From assembly GCA_965208675.1 (NCBI GenBank), contig OZ242351.1, positions 416,001 through 480,000 of the forward strand: 64,000 bases of DNA, in the 5' to 3' direction. Under the pieces are notes generated by a model that was given only the letters and a program-made list of their open reading frames with translations, was not told the DNA's origin and did no database searches. Positions 31,080-42,095 of this stretch are shown here, piece after piece. The DNA comes from Candidatus Poribacteria bacterium (lineage in GTDB: Bacteria > Poribacteria > WGA-4E > PCPOR2b). The stretch's first letter is position 1; each line of letters opens with the position of its first letter. Made by a program: the position numbers and the translations under genes.

Positions 31080-31943
31080 ATGATCTTCCGTAAAATCAAA
31101 ATCATACTCGACATGATTAAGTTCGAGCACACCATATTCGCGCTTCCGTTTGCAATCATGAGCGCGTTCATTGCATCCGACGGTATGCCCGCACCCGACA
31201 TACTTTTTTGGATACTCCTCGCCATGATCGGCGCGAGAAGTTGCGCCATGGCATTCAATCGCCTTGCCGATTCCGGTTTCGATGGCGCTAATCCACGAAC
31301 AGCCGCGCGCGCTATCCCGGCAGGTAGGATTACAAAACGGGCGGTGTGGGTGTTCACCGTCGTTTCTGCCGCCCTGCTAGTACTCGCCGCGTACAAGCTC
31401 AATCCGCTCGCATTTGCGCTTTCGCCGGTCGCGCTCGCCGTGATTGTGGGGTACTCCTACTCAAAACGGTGGACTATTCTCTCGCACTTCTGGCTTGGCC
31501 TATCTATCTCTATCGCCCCGATTGGCGCCTGGATTGCTATCACCGGGACGCTTGGTTGGCCGCCAATGTTACTCGGTTTGGCGGTGTTGCTTTGGATTGG
31601 TGGATTTGACATTATCTATGCTTGCCAAGACTATGAATTCGATCGTAAGCATGGGCTTTTCTCAATTCCGGCTCGTTACGGAAAACAGCGCGCATTGCGA
31701 TTGTCGTCTACACTACATGCCATGATGGTTGGTGTGCTCATTGGTGTAACTGCAATAACGAACCTCGGGGTACTCTACCTGATTGGCGTAGGTATCGTCA
31801 CGATTCTTCTCATATATGAACATGCAATCGTCAGACCTAATGACCTCTCAAGAGTAAACCTCGCGTTCTTCACGCTGAATGGCATAGTGAGTTTGGTGCT
31901 CATGGCGCTGTCAGTGGCAGACATGCTGTTTGGTATAGACTGA
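31080..31943 (+). CDS. ubiA: UbiA-family prenyltransferase (MqnP-like)
   Basis: 'IKFEHTIFALPFA', 'AMAFNRLAD…D..NPRT..R.IP.G', 'GFDIIYACQD'; adjacent to ubiX. Confidence 0.88.
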   Translation: MIFRKIKIILDMIKFEHTIFALPFAIMSAFIASDGMPAPDILFWILLAMIGARSCAMAFNRLADSGFDGANPRTAARAIPAGRITKRAVWVFTVVSAALLVLAAYKLNPLAFALSPVALAVIVGYSYSKRWTILSHFWLGLSISIAPIGAWIAITGTLGWPPMLLGLAVLLWIGGFDIIYACQDYEFDRKHGLFSIPARYGKQRALRLSSTLHAMMVGVLIGVTAITNLGVLYLIGVGIVTILLIYEHAIVRPNDLSRVNLAFFTLNGIVSLVLMALSVADMLFGID

Positions 31944-32048
31944 TTGTTCGCACAGTTAATCATCAGTGTGCAGTGTAGTATGCAACCTCTTCCGCCGGTA
32001 TTAAATCACAAACGCGCCACGGTGGGATGCAGAACATCACAGGGGGAA

Positions 32049-35000
32049 TTGAAGTTGAATCGCAAATGCGCCCTCCTCGCCAAATCGCCGCTTGATGTTA
32101 CGTGGAATTGCCTCGCGTTGATGTTAATTTTGGGAATCTTGATTTTTTTGCAACCTATCCCAGCAACTTTTGGAGCGCGAAGCGAATCCCCAACTCCGAT
32201 TGAGCATTATCCCGGAATCACGCCTGGCGAACTCCTGATTCGCGTGACACCTGAAGCACAGAAGGAAGCAGAGCTGCTGCACGCCAAAGCGGCGATACAT
32301 AAACTCCACAATCAGATGGGAGTCCAGTCCTTTCGCCGCGTATTACCGCACGTTGCATGTCCGGAATTCAACCCCAATTTAGTACGCATTTATTTGCTGC
32401 GTTTTCCAGTTTCGGCAAATCTACACGCACTCAAAGCGGCGTATGCCGCATCTCCGCTAATTGAGGCGGTCGCATTTAACTATCTCCGCCCAACCCAGGA
32501 ATCCATAGCTCTGCCCAACGATCCGCTGATTGAGGAGCAGTGGAATGTACTTCTCACCAATATGCCGGAGGCTTGGCTGATCGAGAAGGGCGATCCCAGT
32601 ATAGTCATCGCCGTGGTTGACTCTGGAATTGATTATCAACACGAGGATCTTGCCTCGCAAATTTGGGTCAATCTCAACGAAATTCCTGATAATGGGATGG
32701 ACGACGACCATAACGGTTACGTCGATGATATTCGGGGGTGGGATTTTACCGATGCGCCGAATGTTGCGGCTGAAGGGGATTTTTTGGAAGGTGATAACGA
32801 TCCAATTGATGAAACTGGACACGGTACGCACGTCGCCGGTATTGCCGCCGCATCAGGAGATAACGGGATTGGCATCGCCGGCGTGGCTTGGAATTGTAAG
32901 CTGATGGCTGTTCGCACCGGACACTCTGTTGCGGGTGTCTCAGGTCTGCAGGACGATGATTCTTCGGCGGCAATTGTCTATGCAGTTGATAACGGTGCGA
33001 GAATTATCAACATGAGCTGGGGAAGCAGTTCAAGTTCGTTTGTAATTCGAGATGTAATTGATTACGCATACGCGCGCGGTGTGCTTCTCGTTGCTGCAGC
33101 CGGAAATGACTTTCAAAATCAGGTCATTTACCCGGCAGGTTATCGCAAGGTTATCGCTGTCGCTGCAACCGACCAGAACAAAAGTAGATTTTATCAATCA
33201 AATTTTGGCGCATCAATAGATATCGGCGCACCAGGCAACGTAATATTGAGTACACAGATAAACAATCAATACCGACTTCTCACAGGCACGTCAATGGCGG
33301 CGCCGCATGTCTGCGGAGCGGCGGCGCTGGTAATGTCGAAGCGCCCGAGCCTGACGCATGAGGACGTTCGGAACATCCTCATCTCTACGTCTGATGCGAT
33401 TACAGATAGTCCAGAGCTCGTTGGCGCCGGACATCTGAACGCTGGGCGAGCGGTGATGGCAAGCGGTTCGCTGCAAGGGCGAATGTTTTCGCCGGAGACT
33501 AACAGCGGTGGATCGGACAGCATGGAGATAATCGGAACCGCCGGTGGATTTAGGTTTTCGACCTGGCAGTTGATGTATGGAGAATCTAGGACACCGGATA
33601 CATTTTTTCCCATCAATACACCGAGCAGTCGGCAAAAATCCGGCGAAACCTTGCTCGAGTGGAATACTTCCGAGGTACCGGAAGGCGCTTATACCCTCCG
33701 TCTCGAAGTAACTGGGCACGATGACAAAAAGGTGCACGATGAGGTTGTCGTGTCGGTGGACCGAACCGCCCCCGTAGTTCAGAACGTGAAAGTGCGGGAG
33801 TTGATTTCTATGGATAGCTTTGCCACGGTTATCACTTGGTCGACGGATGACTTCACAATCAACACGTTGAGCCAGCGGGCACGCCAAGGACTCGCGCCGT
33901 TCTCGCCAATTGAGGAAAACTCGGCAAGCCGGGAACATGTTTTTTCGCTGCCGCTCAGCGCGGGCAGTTACGACTTTTTTATCACCTCTCGCAACGCGTC
34001 GGGACTAGAGACAGTAGACAACAATGATGGTAAATTCTATAGCACCGGCGTAATTGGCGGAACTATTTCACCGAACGGCTTCACGCAAACGTCGTCGGAG
34101 CTTTCCCCCATGCACCTTGCTTCCAAACCGGCGGATTTCGATCAGGATGGGCAGTTTGAAATCGTTGGCATTTCATTGGAGAATTTGAAAAACCGTACGC
34201 TTACCGGCGTTGAAATCTACGAGCGGTCTCATCAACTTCAACACATCGGCAGTACGAATTATATACCGCGGGAGGTCGGTGATACAGATGGCGATGGATT
34301 GTTGGAAATTTTGGGCAGCTCAGATGAGCGCACATTTCTAATCGAGAGTGCAAAGCATGATGGTTATCCTGAAAATGTCATTTGGGAATTCCCTTTTATC
34401 TCGTCTGCGCAGATTGCGGACCTTGACGGCGATGGGCGAAAAGAGATTATTGGACCCGACAACAACAACAATCGCATTCTTATCTTCGAAAATCGTGGAA
34501 ACGACGCCTATGAAGAAATTATCAGCATTGAGAACAACACACCCGGAACGAATGCATTTGGAGAACGGTTTGCTATCGGCGATTTCAACAACAATGGCCG
34601 TATGGAATTGATGGTGGGAGACAGTGAAGGCGAGTTATTTGTCTACGAATCCGTGGGAAACGACCTGCTTGTTGAAACGTGGAGGGATAAGATAGATGTC
34701 GAAGATGCCCATCTGCTCGCGGCAGGCGATCTTACGGGAGATAGAATTCCCGAGTTCGTGGTGGGCGGATCGGTATCGCAGGCAAATCTTCCTTCGCTGC
34801 CGCCAAACTGGGAATTCCGTGTGTTTACCGCTTTCCCTCCTCCTGATTTCTCAACGTCATCAAATAAAAACGGTGATTCGCTATTTCAATCTATAGCCTC
34901 ACAGGAGATTACTCCATATCACTTATACGGTAACAGCATTGCCATCGGCGATGTTGACGGCGATACGGCGAATGAGATGGTGGTTGTCGCGAATCCGAGC

Positions 35001-36158
35001 ATCTATGTGTTCAAACTGCTCTCGCAAACGACTACTGAGACCGGAAAAGGGGTTCTTCCTCCCCTTGCGGATGAAGGTCGGCCGGTACTCGCCTTAACTC
35101 CAGTCTGGCACCACGATGCTGGAGAAACCCCAAGCATATTACTCGCCGATCTAAATCGCAACGGGTTCAGTGAGTTATTTTTTAACGATCAAGAAAATCT
35201 CTCGGTTTTTGAACATGTACACGCTGGCAACCCAAACGCCGCAGTTGATGTTCAGCCGTGGGGTTTATCGGCAAATCCGCTGACTGCGCGTGTGGTCCAA
35301 CTGGAGTGGCAAGCACCAGAGGACGCCGCCCGCTTTACAGTGTATCGGGCAGTTGGCGCGTCAACCGCGCAAGATGCCGACTCGCCTCCTACATCTGCGT
35401 TTAAAATAGTGGGTCAAAATTTGGATCGCCCGGGTTTTCTTGACCGAAACGTCACGAAGGACACAACCTATTGGTATGCAGTCACCGGGGCTAATGAGCA
35501 GGGCGTAGAGACAGATAGGACCGAAGCAGTTTCAGTAACGCCGCGCACATCCCCAAAGTTGATTGGCGCTGAATACATTCGTTCAAACCAGGTGGTGGTT
35601 GTTTTTGATAAACGAATGGGGCCGTCCGCCGGTAATGAAAACCGTTATCAGTTGCGCGAGCCGGACCAACTTGCCGGCGTCCGGCCGGTCTCAGCCATTA
35701 GGGATCGAATGGGGACGCGAACCATCCTTACATTTCGAGATGAAGACCTAATCCCCGGACATACGTATGAGATTTCGGTTGACGGGGAGGTGCAGGACAT
35801 CGATCGAAATCGAATTGATTTGCGAGCGATATCGCAGGCAATTGAGATTCCGGTCGAAGCCGATTCAGCCGATCTAAATGACTTTACGCGCACGATTGTG
35901 TATCCCAATCCCATTCAGCCGAACGAGTTTCACAAAAGCGCAGTCACATTTGAACGTGTTCCAACGGGGACAGAGATTGGGATTTATAATGTAAACGGAG
36001 ATTTGCTTGAAAAATTGACGGTGACAGAAAACGACCGCGGACGCAAGGAGTGGCTTCTATTGAGCGATGGATATTCAGAGGTAACCACCGGGCTTTACAT
36101 CTACACTATGCAATTTGACGAACTGAAAAAGATTGGGAAGATAGCGGTGATTAAATAG
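32049..36158 (+). CDS. Secreted S8 (subtilisin) serine peptidase with FG-GAP repeats, FN3/Ig domains and a T9SS-like C-terminal domain
   Basis: Catalytic triad motifs 'VVDSG', 'GHGTHVAG', 'GTSMAAP'; repeated 'GDxDGDG..E' motifs; tail 'VYPNP…IYNVNG…GLYIY…GKIAVIK'. Start set at TTG 32049 behind AGGGGG (uncertain). Confidence 0.9.
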   Translation: MKLNRKCALLAKSPLDVTWNCLALMLILGILIFLQPIPATFGARSESPTPIEHYPGITPGELLIRVTPEAQKEAELLHAKAAIHKLHNQMGVQSFRRVLPHVACPEFNPNLVRIYLLRFPVSANLHALKAAYAASPLIEAVAFNYLRPTQESIALPNDPLIEEQWNVLLTNMPEAWLIEKGDPSIVIAVVDSGIDYQHEDLASQIWVNLNEIPDNGMDDDHNGYVDDIRGWDFTDAPNVAAEGDFLEGDNDPIDETGHGTHVAGIAAASGDNGIGIAGVAWNCKLMAVRTGHSVAGVSGLQDDDSSAAIVYAVDNGARIINMSWGSSSSSFVIRDVIDYAYARGVLLVAAAGNDFQNQVIYPAGYRKVIAVAATDQNKSRFYQSNFGASIDIGAPGNVILSTQINNQYRLLTGTSMAAPHVCGAAALVMSKRPSLTHEDVRNILISTSDAITDSPELVGAGHLNAGRAVMASGSLQGRMFSPETNSGGSDSMEIIGTAGGFRFSTWQLMYGESRTPDTFFPINTPSSRQKSGETLLEWNTSEVPEGAYTLRLEVTGHDDKKVHDEVVVSVDRTAPVVQNVKVRELISMDSFATVITWSTDDFTINTLSQRARQGLAPFSPIEENSASREHVFSLPLSAGSYDFFITSRNASGLETVDNNDGKFYSTGVIGGTISPNGFTQTSSELSPMHLASKPADFDQDGQFEIVGISLENLKNRTLTGVEIYERSHQLQHIGSTNYIPREVGDTDGDGLLEILGSSDERTFLIESAKHDGYPENVIWEFPFISSAQIADLDGDGRKEIIGPDNNNNRILIFENRGNDAYEEIISIENNTPGTNAFGERFAIGDFNNNGRMELMVGDSEGELFVYESVGNDLLVETWRDKIDVEDAHLLAAGDLTGDRIPEFVVGGSVSQANLPSLPPNWEFRVFTAFPPPDFSTSSNKNGDSLFQSIASQEITPYHLYGNSIAIGDVDGDTANEMVVVANPSIYVFKLLSQTTTETGKGVLPPLADEGRPVLALTPVWHHDAGETPSILLADLNRNGFSELFFNDQENLSVFEHVHAGNPNAAVDVQPWGLSANPLTARVVQLEWQAPEDAARFTVYRAVGASTAQDADSPPTSAFKIVGQNLDRPGFLDRNVTKDTTYWYAVTGANEQGVETDRTEAVSVTPRTSPKLIGAEYIRSNQVVVVFDKRMGPSAGNENRYQLREPDQLAGVRPVSAIRDRMGTRTILTFRDEDLIPGHTYEISVDGEVQDIDRNRIDLRAISQAIEIPVEADSADLNDFTRTIVYPNPIQPNEFHKSAVTFERVPTGTEIGIYNVNGDLLEKLTVTENDRGRKEWLLLSDGYSEVTTGLYIYTMQFDELKKIGKIAVIK

Positions 36159-36224
36159 AATATCCGGAACTTAGTGCATAAACTGCATTTGAATTCACCC
36201 ACCGTAACTTACGCAGTCTGTAAG

Positions 36225-37067
36225 TCATAAACCCGCTGATGCCGCCTTCGAACCACGAGTTTTTATTTTTGTCAAGGCTTTGGTAGCGCATTCACGAACT
36301 TCATTATCAGAGTCCTTTAACGAGCGTGTCAATTCCGGGATTGCGTCAGAATCGCCTATCATTCCCAGCGCGTTGACTGCATTCCACCGTACCCAACGAT
36401 GTTCATCGCGAAGCGCCTGTAACAACGTGGGAACTGCAATGGAATCTCCGATTTTGCCCAACGCTCCCGCCGCATTCATACGGACGTGCTCTACCGGGTC
36501 GTTCAATGCCTGAGTTAAGGCGGAGACGGCAGTCGTGTTGCCGATTTTATATAAGGCATCACCGGCATTCATGCGGACTCCCTCGTCCGCATCACCCAAT
36601 GCTGTTACTAAGGCGGGAACTGCGGCGCTGTCTCCTATTTGTCCGAGCGCACCTATAGCATTTACCCGCAAAGCTGAAGCCTTATCACCCAAAATTTTGA
36701 TTAAGGCATCAACAGCTTGCCTTGCCGGTTTGCCTATATTTTTCAATGTTCTTGCCGCATACGTGCAAACGTCCTTGTCTCTGTCGCTTAACGCCTCGAT
36801 TAATGCAGGAACTGCCTCTTTAGCGTATACGCCCATCTCGCTCATAGTGATAAGCGTGTTTAAGCGAACCTCCTTATCCGGATTGTCCAAAGCCTTTATC
36901 AATGCTGGAATTTCCCTTACCAACGCCTGTCTCGCTTCGGGGGTATCAATTACGCTGCTCAAGACACTCGCAGCGTAAACGCGGACCCGTTCATCGGAAT
37001 CTCCTAGTTTCCTAATCCATTTCTGAATCACTAAGTACGCTCCTACGCTGTTTGATTCCAAGTGCAA
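36225..37067 (-). CDS. HEAT (PBS-lyase-like) repeat protein
   Basis: Tandem repeats of about 31 aa, 'AVPAL..AL.D….VR.NA..ALG.IGD'. Confidence 0.9.
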   Translation of the reverse strand: MHLESNSVGAYLVIQKWIRKLGDSDERVRVYAASVLSSVIDTPEARQALVREIPALIKALDNPDKEVRLNTLITMSEMGVYAKEAVPALIEALSDRDKDVCTYAARTLKNIGKPARQAVDALIKILGDKASALRVNAIGALGQIGDSAAVPALVTALGDADEGVRMNAGDALYKIGNTTAVSALTQALNDPVEHVRMNAAGALGKIGDSIAVPTLLQALRDEHRWVRWNAVNALGMIGDSDAIPELTRSLKDSDNEVRECATKALTKIKTRGSKAASAGL

Positions 37068-37112
37068 GAAATCATTCCGAATACCGGCTGTAAGTCGAGA
37101 TGCTGACGGTGT

Positions 37113-39023
37113 TCAAAAATTATCCACGGCATATTTCAAAATTACGCCACGATCGCCAACGATCCAACCGTTTTCAGAATCAGTCATGGAAATTGAATTA
37201 AGATTATGTCGGGTTTCGCACCATTGCGGTCGCCAGTTTTCACCGCCGTCAATGGTGTGAAGGACGATTCCCTCGCCGCCTACAGCCCAACCCTCGTTAT
37301 GGGTGAGAAAGAAAACATCGTTTAGTGAAGCCTGGATGTAGGACTTTTGGCGTCCCCAAGACTTGCCGCCGTCTGTTGTGTGCAAAATCAACCCGCCGAC
37401 GCCGACTACCCACCCGGTTAACTGATTTGTGAAATGGACTCCTAGCAACCATATCTCACCGAGATTGGTTTGCAAAGACCATTTTGCCCCGCCATCTCCT
37501 GTATGGAGGATTGCCCCGCCTTGACCGACAATCCAGCCATTTTGCGAATCGGCGAAATGAACCCCAAATAGATGACGAGTGACACTGCTCTGTTGTCGTT
37601 CCCAACTCCTTCCGCCGTTTGTAGTATGCAAAATTTCTCCGCTTTCCCCAACAACCCAGCCCTTTTCATCATCAATAAAAAAGACACCCAAAAGGTCATT
37701 CGTCGATTCTGCCTCCTGCAGCGCCCATGTACTGCCGCCATCACTAGTGTGAATAATTGTTCCCCATTCCGCGACCGCCCATCCGAGCTGGTCGTTGATG
37801 AAATGGGTTGAACCAAAACATTCCATCGTCCGGCTGTCTTGCGGGTTCCAACTTCTACCCCCGTCTTTAGTGTAAAGCACTACCCCGCGATCGCCAACGC
37901 CATACCCGGTTTGGTCGGAGACAAAATGTACGTCCGCCAAGAAATAACTTTGCAATGCCTGAAGTGTCCATGTTTTGCCTCCATTCCCCGTGTGGAGGAT
38001 TGTACCAAATTCGCCGACCGCCCATCCAGTTTGATTATCCACGAAATGAATACCAAACAGGACGCTATCGCCTCCAATATGGGGTGTTGGCCCGCCTCTC
38101 TGATGATTCCATGTATTGCCTCCGTCGTCTGTATGCAAGATTGCGCCTAAATCTCCGGCAATCCAACCGCGCTGCGAATCAGTAAAGCAGAAGTCGTAAA
38201 GCGTGAAACTGTGTAAGGGTTCATCACCGGTTTTCAATCGTTGTCCGTAGGTGGTTTCGTGCCGCTTGTTTGAACCGTGTGTGAGATGCCTCCAAGTTTT
38301 CCCGCCATCCGTTGTTGCAAGTATTGTTCGTCTATCGCCGACAATCCATCCTCTACTGGGATCGGCAAAAAAAACGTCTGACAACCTGTAACGGACCCCC
38401 GTATCTTGGTAATGCCAAGTTTTTCCGCCATCGCTGGTACGGTATGTCAGACCTTCGTAGCTAACCGTCCACCCGTGCTGCGGATCAAGAAAATGAAGTC
38501 CCCGCAGGGAACTACCCCCAAGCCCCTGCGCGCGATTCTCCCAAGTGTCGCCGCCATTTTGAGTATACAGTGCGGTTCCAAAATCGCCGACCGCCCATCC
38601 CTCACGTGCAGAGAAAAAGTGGAGATCGAAGAGATTATTGAAAGTGTTTGACGCCTGTTTGTCCCATGTGCTTCCACCATCACTTGTGTGTAAAATCACG
38701 CCGTTGTCGCCGGCAATCCACCCTGACCGATGGTCCACAAACATGACCGATCTTAACGCATGCTGCGTTTCGCTGGCTTGCGGTTTCCAGGTTTCGCCGC
38801 CATCGACGGTGTACGCGATTACGCTATCAAATTCTTCTTCAATTGTATTGCCTTCGTTGTTGCCGACAGCCCATCCCGTTTTCTCATCAATAAAAAATAC
38901 ATCGTAAAACCGCGTTTCCCAATCCGCACGTCGAATTATTTTCCACCGCCCCGATTTCTGCTTTTGATTCCTCGTGCATCCAATCATTCCTAAAACGAGC
39001 GGCAGAATAATCAGAAAAATCAT
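37113..39023 (-). CDS. YCF48/BNR-repeat beta-propeller lipoprotein
   Basis: Many 'F.D…GWAVG..G.ILHT.DGG.TW' repeats; lipobox-like 'MIGC' after ATG 39023. Confidence 0.9.
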   Translation of the reverse strand: MIFLIILPLVLGMIGCTRNQKQKSGRWKIIRRADWETRFYDVFFIDEKTGWAVGNNEGNTIEEEFDSVIAYTVDGGETWKPQASETQHALRSVMFVDHRSGWIAGDNGVILHTSDGGSTWDKQASNTFNNLFDLHFFSAREGWAVGDFGTALYTQNGGDTWENRAQGLGGSSLRGLHFLDPQHGWTVSYEGLTYRTSDGGKTWHYQDTGVRYRLSDVFFADPSRGWIVGDRRTILATTDGGKTWRHLTHGSNKRHETTYGQRLKTGDEPLHSFTLYDFCFTDSQRGWIAGDLGAILHTDDGGNTWNHQRGGPTPHIGGDSVLFGIHFVDNQTGWAVGEFGTILHTGNGGKTWTLQALQSYFLADVHFVSDQTGYGVGDRGVVLYTKDGGRSWNPQDSRTMECFGSTHFINDQLGWAVAEWGTIIHTSDGGSTWALQEAESTNDLLGVFFIDDEKGWVVGESGEILHTTNGGRSWERQQSSVTRHLFGVHFADSQNGWIVGQGGAILHTGDGGAKWSLQTNLGEIWLLGVHFTNQLTGWVVGVGGLILHTTDGGKSWGRQKSYIQASLNDVFFLTHNEGWAVGGEGIVLHTIDGGENWRPQWCETRHNLNSISMTDSENGWIVGDRGVILKYAVDNF

Positions 39024-39131
39024 CCCGCGAATGAAATTTTGCCGGACGCATGAACTTCGAGCGGTGTCTATTTTCCAAAATGAGCATCTAAAATTATAGA
39101 TTGTGATTCTTGCATTTAGTCGGTGCACCAT

Positions 39132-40106
39132 TTACACGCACTGGTCCAGATCTGCTTTAACCATCATCTCAACGAGTTCTTCAAAGCCAACACTCGGTTT
39201 CCAGCCCAATTTTCGTTCCGCTTTGGTGTAATCTCCCTGAAGAATATTAACTTCCGCGGGTCGGTATAGGTTTTCATCTATTACGACGTAATCTTCATAG
39301 TTGAGATTAACGTAATCGAAGCAAATGCTTACATAGTCTTTAACGGAGTGAGCAACCCCGGTAGCAATGACATAGTCATCCGGTGCATCTTGCTGCAACA
39401 TAAGCCACATGGCACTCACATAATCGCCGGCGTATCCCCAATCTCGTTTAGCCGCTAAGTTCCCCAACCGTAACTCCGCGGCAAGTCCGCGTTTTATTTT
39501 TGCGGCTACGCTGGTTATCTTTCTCGTCACAAACTCGTAGCCGCGCCGCGGGGATTCATGGTTAAACAGAATCCCGCTGCAGGCGAAGATATCGTACGCC
39601 TCTCGATAATTCCGCGTCAAATGAAAGCCCGCTACTTTAGAGATTCCATAAGGTGAACGGGGATGGAAGCGAGTATCTTCATTTTGGGGAGTCTCCTCGG
39701 CATTTCCAAACATTTCACTCGACGCGGCAAAATAGAACCGGCACTCCGGAACATTCTCCTTGATGGCGGACAAGACATAATGCGTTCCGTTAATGTTTGT
39801 GTTGATCGTGGAAAATTCGTCTTCAAAGGAGTAGCTGACGAAACTTTGGGCAGCAAGATGATAACACTCATCCGGCTTCAAATTTTCAATCACCCTAAAT
39901 AAACTCGCGTAGCTCTCAAGGGATGCTGTGTGTAAATTTAATTTGTCAAGGATATGCTGGATTCGCCGGAGTCTATGTTCGGGATCTTCAAGTGCCACCC
40001 GCCTGATGATGCCGTGGACTTCATATCCTTTGGAAAGCAAAAATTCGGCGAGGTATGAGCCATCCTGCCCTGTAATACCCGTGATTAACGCCTTTCTCCT
40101 TCTCAT
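39132..40106 (-). CDS. gmd: GDP-mannose 4,6-dehydratase
   Basis: 'ALITGITGQDGSYLAE', 'HLAAQSFV', 'SPYGISK', 'LFNHESPRRG.EFVTRKI', 'RDWG'. Confidence 0.96.
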   Translation of the reverse strand: MRRRKALITGITGQDGSYLAEFLLSKGYEVHGIIRRVALEDPEHRLRRIQHILDKLNLHTASLESYASLFRVIENLKPDECYHLAAQSFVSYSFEDEFSTINTNINGTHYVLSAIKENVPECRFYFAASSEMFGNAEETPQNEDTRFHPRSPYGISKVAGFHLTRNYREAYDIFACSGILFNHESPRRGYEFVTRKITSVAAKIKRGLAAELRLGNLAAKRDWGYAGDYVSAMWLMLQQDAPDDYVIATGVAHSVKDYVSICFDYVNLNYEDYVVIDENLYRPAEVNILQGDYTKAERKLGWKPSVGFEELVEMMVKADLDQCV

Positions 40107-40157
40107 GATTCCACCTTTGTTAGATCAGGTACAGCTAAGGCTGGGCTTGAGATGTGA

Positions 40158-40994
40158 TTATGGTGATGGGATTAGATTGCCTGTTCCGAACCCAATTTTC
40201 ATGCCCCTCGCCATCAGTTCCTGGCAACGAGGGCCGCTATTCGCAAGCAAGCCATCGCTGTAGATTATGCCGTGGCCCTCGGTAATACCGTTAAGGTATT
40301 GAACAAGCCAATCGTAGTGCTCTCGGTTTTTTTCGGGGGTTGTATTCTGGACACAAGTGACTCGGAGGATTCGCCTGCCGGGCCGCGGTTTCAAGGAGGC
40401 GTGGTATAACTTGTGATTCATGAAAATCACGTCTCCCGGCTCGTTCACGAGCGGATATTGGCCCGGCAACTCTGACGCTTTGAGCCCTAACTGGTTGCTG
40501 TGCTGGAAGTTTCCAACTGTATTGACTAGTGCATCTCGAAATTCTTTAAAATGGCTTCCCGGAATGACCGTTAGGCAGCCATCCTCAGGTCCAAGCGGGT
40601 CGAGATACAGTGCCGCCCGCATACTAAAGAAACCTTCGGGCGCAACGGTATCATGATGCCATGGCGTCCCGCCGCCATAGATGACTGCGCTGTGAGCCGC
40701 CATGATGTAGTCGCTGCCCATCAGTTGTTCAAAGACATCAAGGATACGTGCATCATCCAACAGTGGGTAAAACGCATCGGGGTCAGTGTCAAAAAACGGT
40801 ATCTCGTCCTGGCTCGCTGTCGAATAACCGTGTTCATCTTGGTTAAGCGCCGGTTCTGGTTTTCCGCCGCGTTGGCGTTCCATCGCCGCGTCGAAGGCGT
40901 CCGAGAGCGCCTGAATCTCATCGGGTGAAAACAGTTGCCTACACTGCAGGAAGCCCAACGTCTGAAAATGGATGACTTCGTCCGCGGTTATCAC
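40158..40994 (-). CDS. Phytanoyl-CoA dioxygenase (PhyH) family Fe(II)/2OG oxygenase
   Basis: 'WHHD', 'GCLTVIPGSH', 'PGDVIFMNHKLYHAS' (HxD…H triad). Confidence 0.9.
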   Translation of the reverse strand: MITADEVIHFQTLGFLQCRQLFSPDEIQALSDAFDAAMERQRGGKPEPALNQDEHGYSTASQDEIPFFDTDPDAFYPLLDDARILDVFEQLMGSDYIMAAHSAVIYGGGTPWHHDTVAPEGFFSMRAALYLDPLGPEDGCLTVIPGSHFKEFRDALVNTVGNFQHSNQLGLKASELPGQYPLVNEPGDVIFMNHKLYHASLKPRPGRRILRVTCVQNTTPEKNREHYDWLVQYLNGITEGHGIIYSDGLLANSGPRCQELMARGMKIGFGTGNLIPSP

Positions 40995-41117
40995 GATTCT
41001 CGTTTCCTTTCTGGATTATCACTAAAGAGTTGTGGCGCGTATATTCTAATTAACTGTGGCGCCGTCTGTTCAATTGCTCAACCGATTCTAACACCGCGAT
41101 AAATTGGTTGGCTTGAT

Positions 41118-41927
41118 TTAGGTCAGGTCTTGTAGGTGAGTGACTCGCCCAGTGTTGCCAAATCCCAGTTCAATTGCCCGGTTCAGCATCTTTTTGCGGC
41201 GAGGACTTGCAGTCCGAATCAAACGATCGCTATAAAACCTGCCCCATCCGTTAGTCTCCCCGTTGAGAAAGCCCATGAGCCAATCGAAATGTCCGGTGCT
41301 CTTTTCGGGTGTCGCATTCTGGGTACAGTTGATATGGATAGCGCGCCGCCCGGGCTTATCGCTCAACGCGGAGTGAAACGTCTTGTGGTTCATATAAAGC
41401 ACATCGCCCGGTTCGTTGATAAGCGGGTATCGACCGGGTATATCTCCAGGTCCTTCCCCCACGTTGTTGATGTTGCTAGCAATCGTGTCGCGGTACTCCT
41501 TCATGTGGCTTCCCGGGATGACGTTGAGGCAGCCGTCTTCTGCGCTTAGGCGATCTAGATAGATTGCCGCCCTCATGCTAAAGATTCCTTCGGGTGCGCA
41601 GGCGTCATGATGCCAGCCGCTGCCGCCGGTATGGAGAATTCCTTCGCTGACGGTAAGGATAAAATCCTCACCCATCAGTTGTACCAGCGGCTCGACGATA
41701 CGCGCATCGTCCAGGAGCGGGTAGAATGTCTCGGGATCGTAGTCAAAGAAGGGTACAACCTGTTGTCTGGCTTCGCCTGGTTTCGGTTTTGGTGCACCGT
41801 CCCGCGCCTTTTCCATCGCTGTGTCGAAAGCATCGGAAATTACCTGCATCTCCCCTTTCGACAGTAGCCCCTTGCACAGGACAAAGCCTAACGTACGAAA
41901 ATGACGAATCTGTTCCTGAGTCAACAT
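41118..41927 (-). CDS. PhyH family Fe(II)/2OG oxygenase, tandem paralogue of 40158-40994
   Basis: 'WHHD', 'GCLNVIPGSH', 'PGDVLYMNHKTFHSA'. Confidence 0.9.
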   Translation of the reverse strand: MLTQEQIRHFRTLGFVLCKGLLSKGEMQVISDAFDTAMEKARDGAPKPKPGEARQQVVPFFDYDPETFYPLLDDARIVEPLVQLMGEDFILTVSEGILHTGGSGWHHDACAPEGIFSMRAAIYLDRLSAEDGCLNVIPGSHMKEYRDTIASNINNVGEGPGDIPGRYPLINEPGDVLYMNHKTFHSALSDKPGRRAIHINCTQNATPEKSTGHFDWLMGFLNGETNGWGRFYSDRLIRTASPRRKKMLNRAIELGFGNTGRVTHLQDLT

Positions 41928-42095
41928 GTTAATCTCCACGCGGTAAAAGTGTCATATCAATTATTCTTTCGCGATGCAGCAATGCAGATGGCCACTGCAA
42001 CGGCAAATGCATTTGACGAAATCCAACTGTCATATTCCATCAAAATTTAACCTCCAATTGCGCGTTTTGGACGATTAAAGCCCGGTTTTCTTTGT

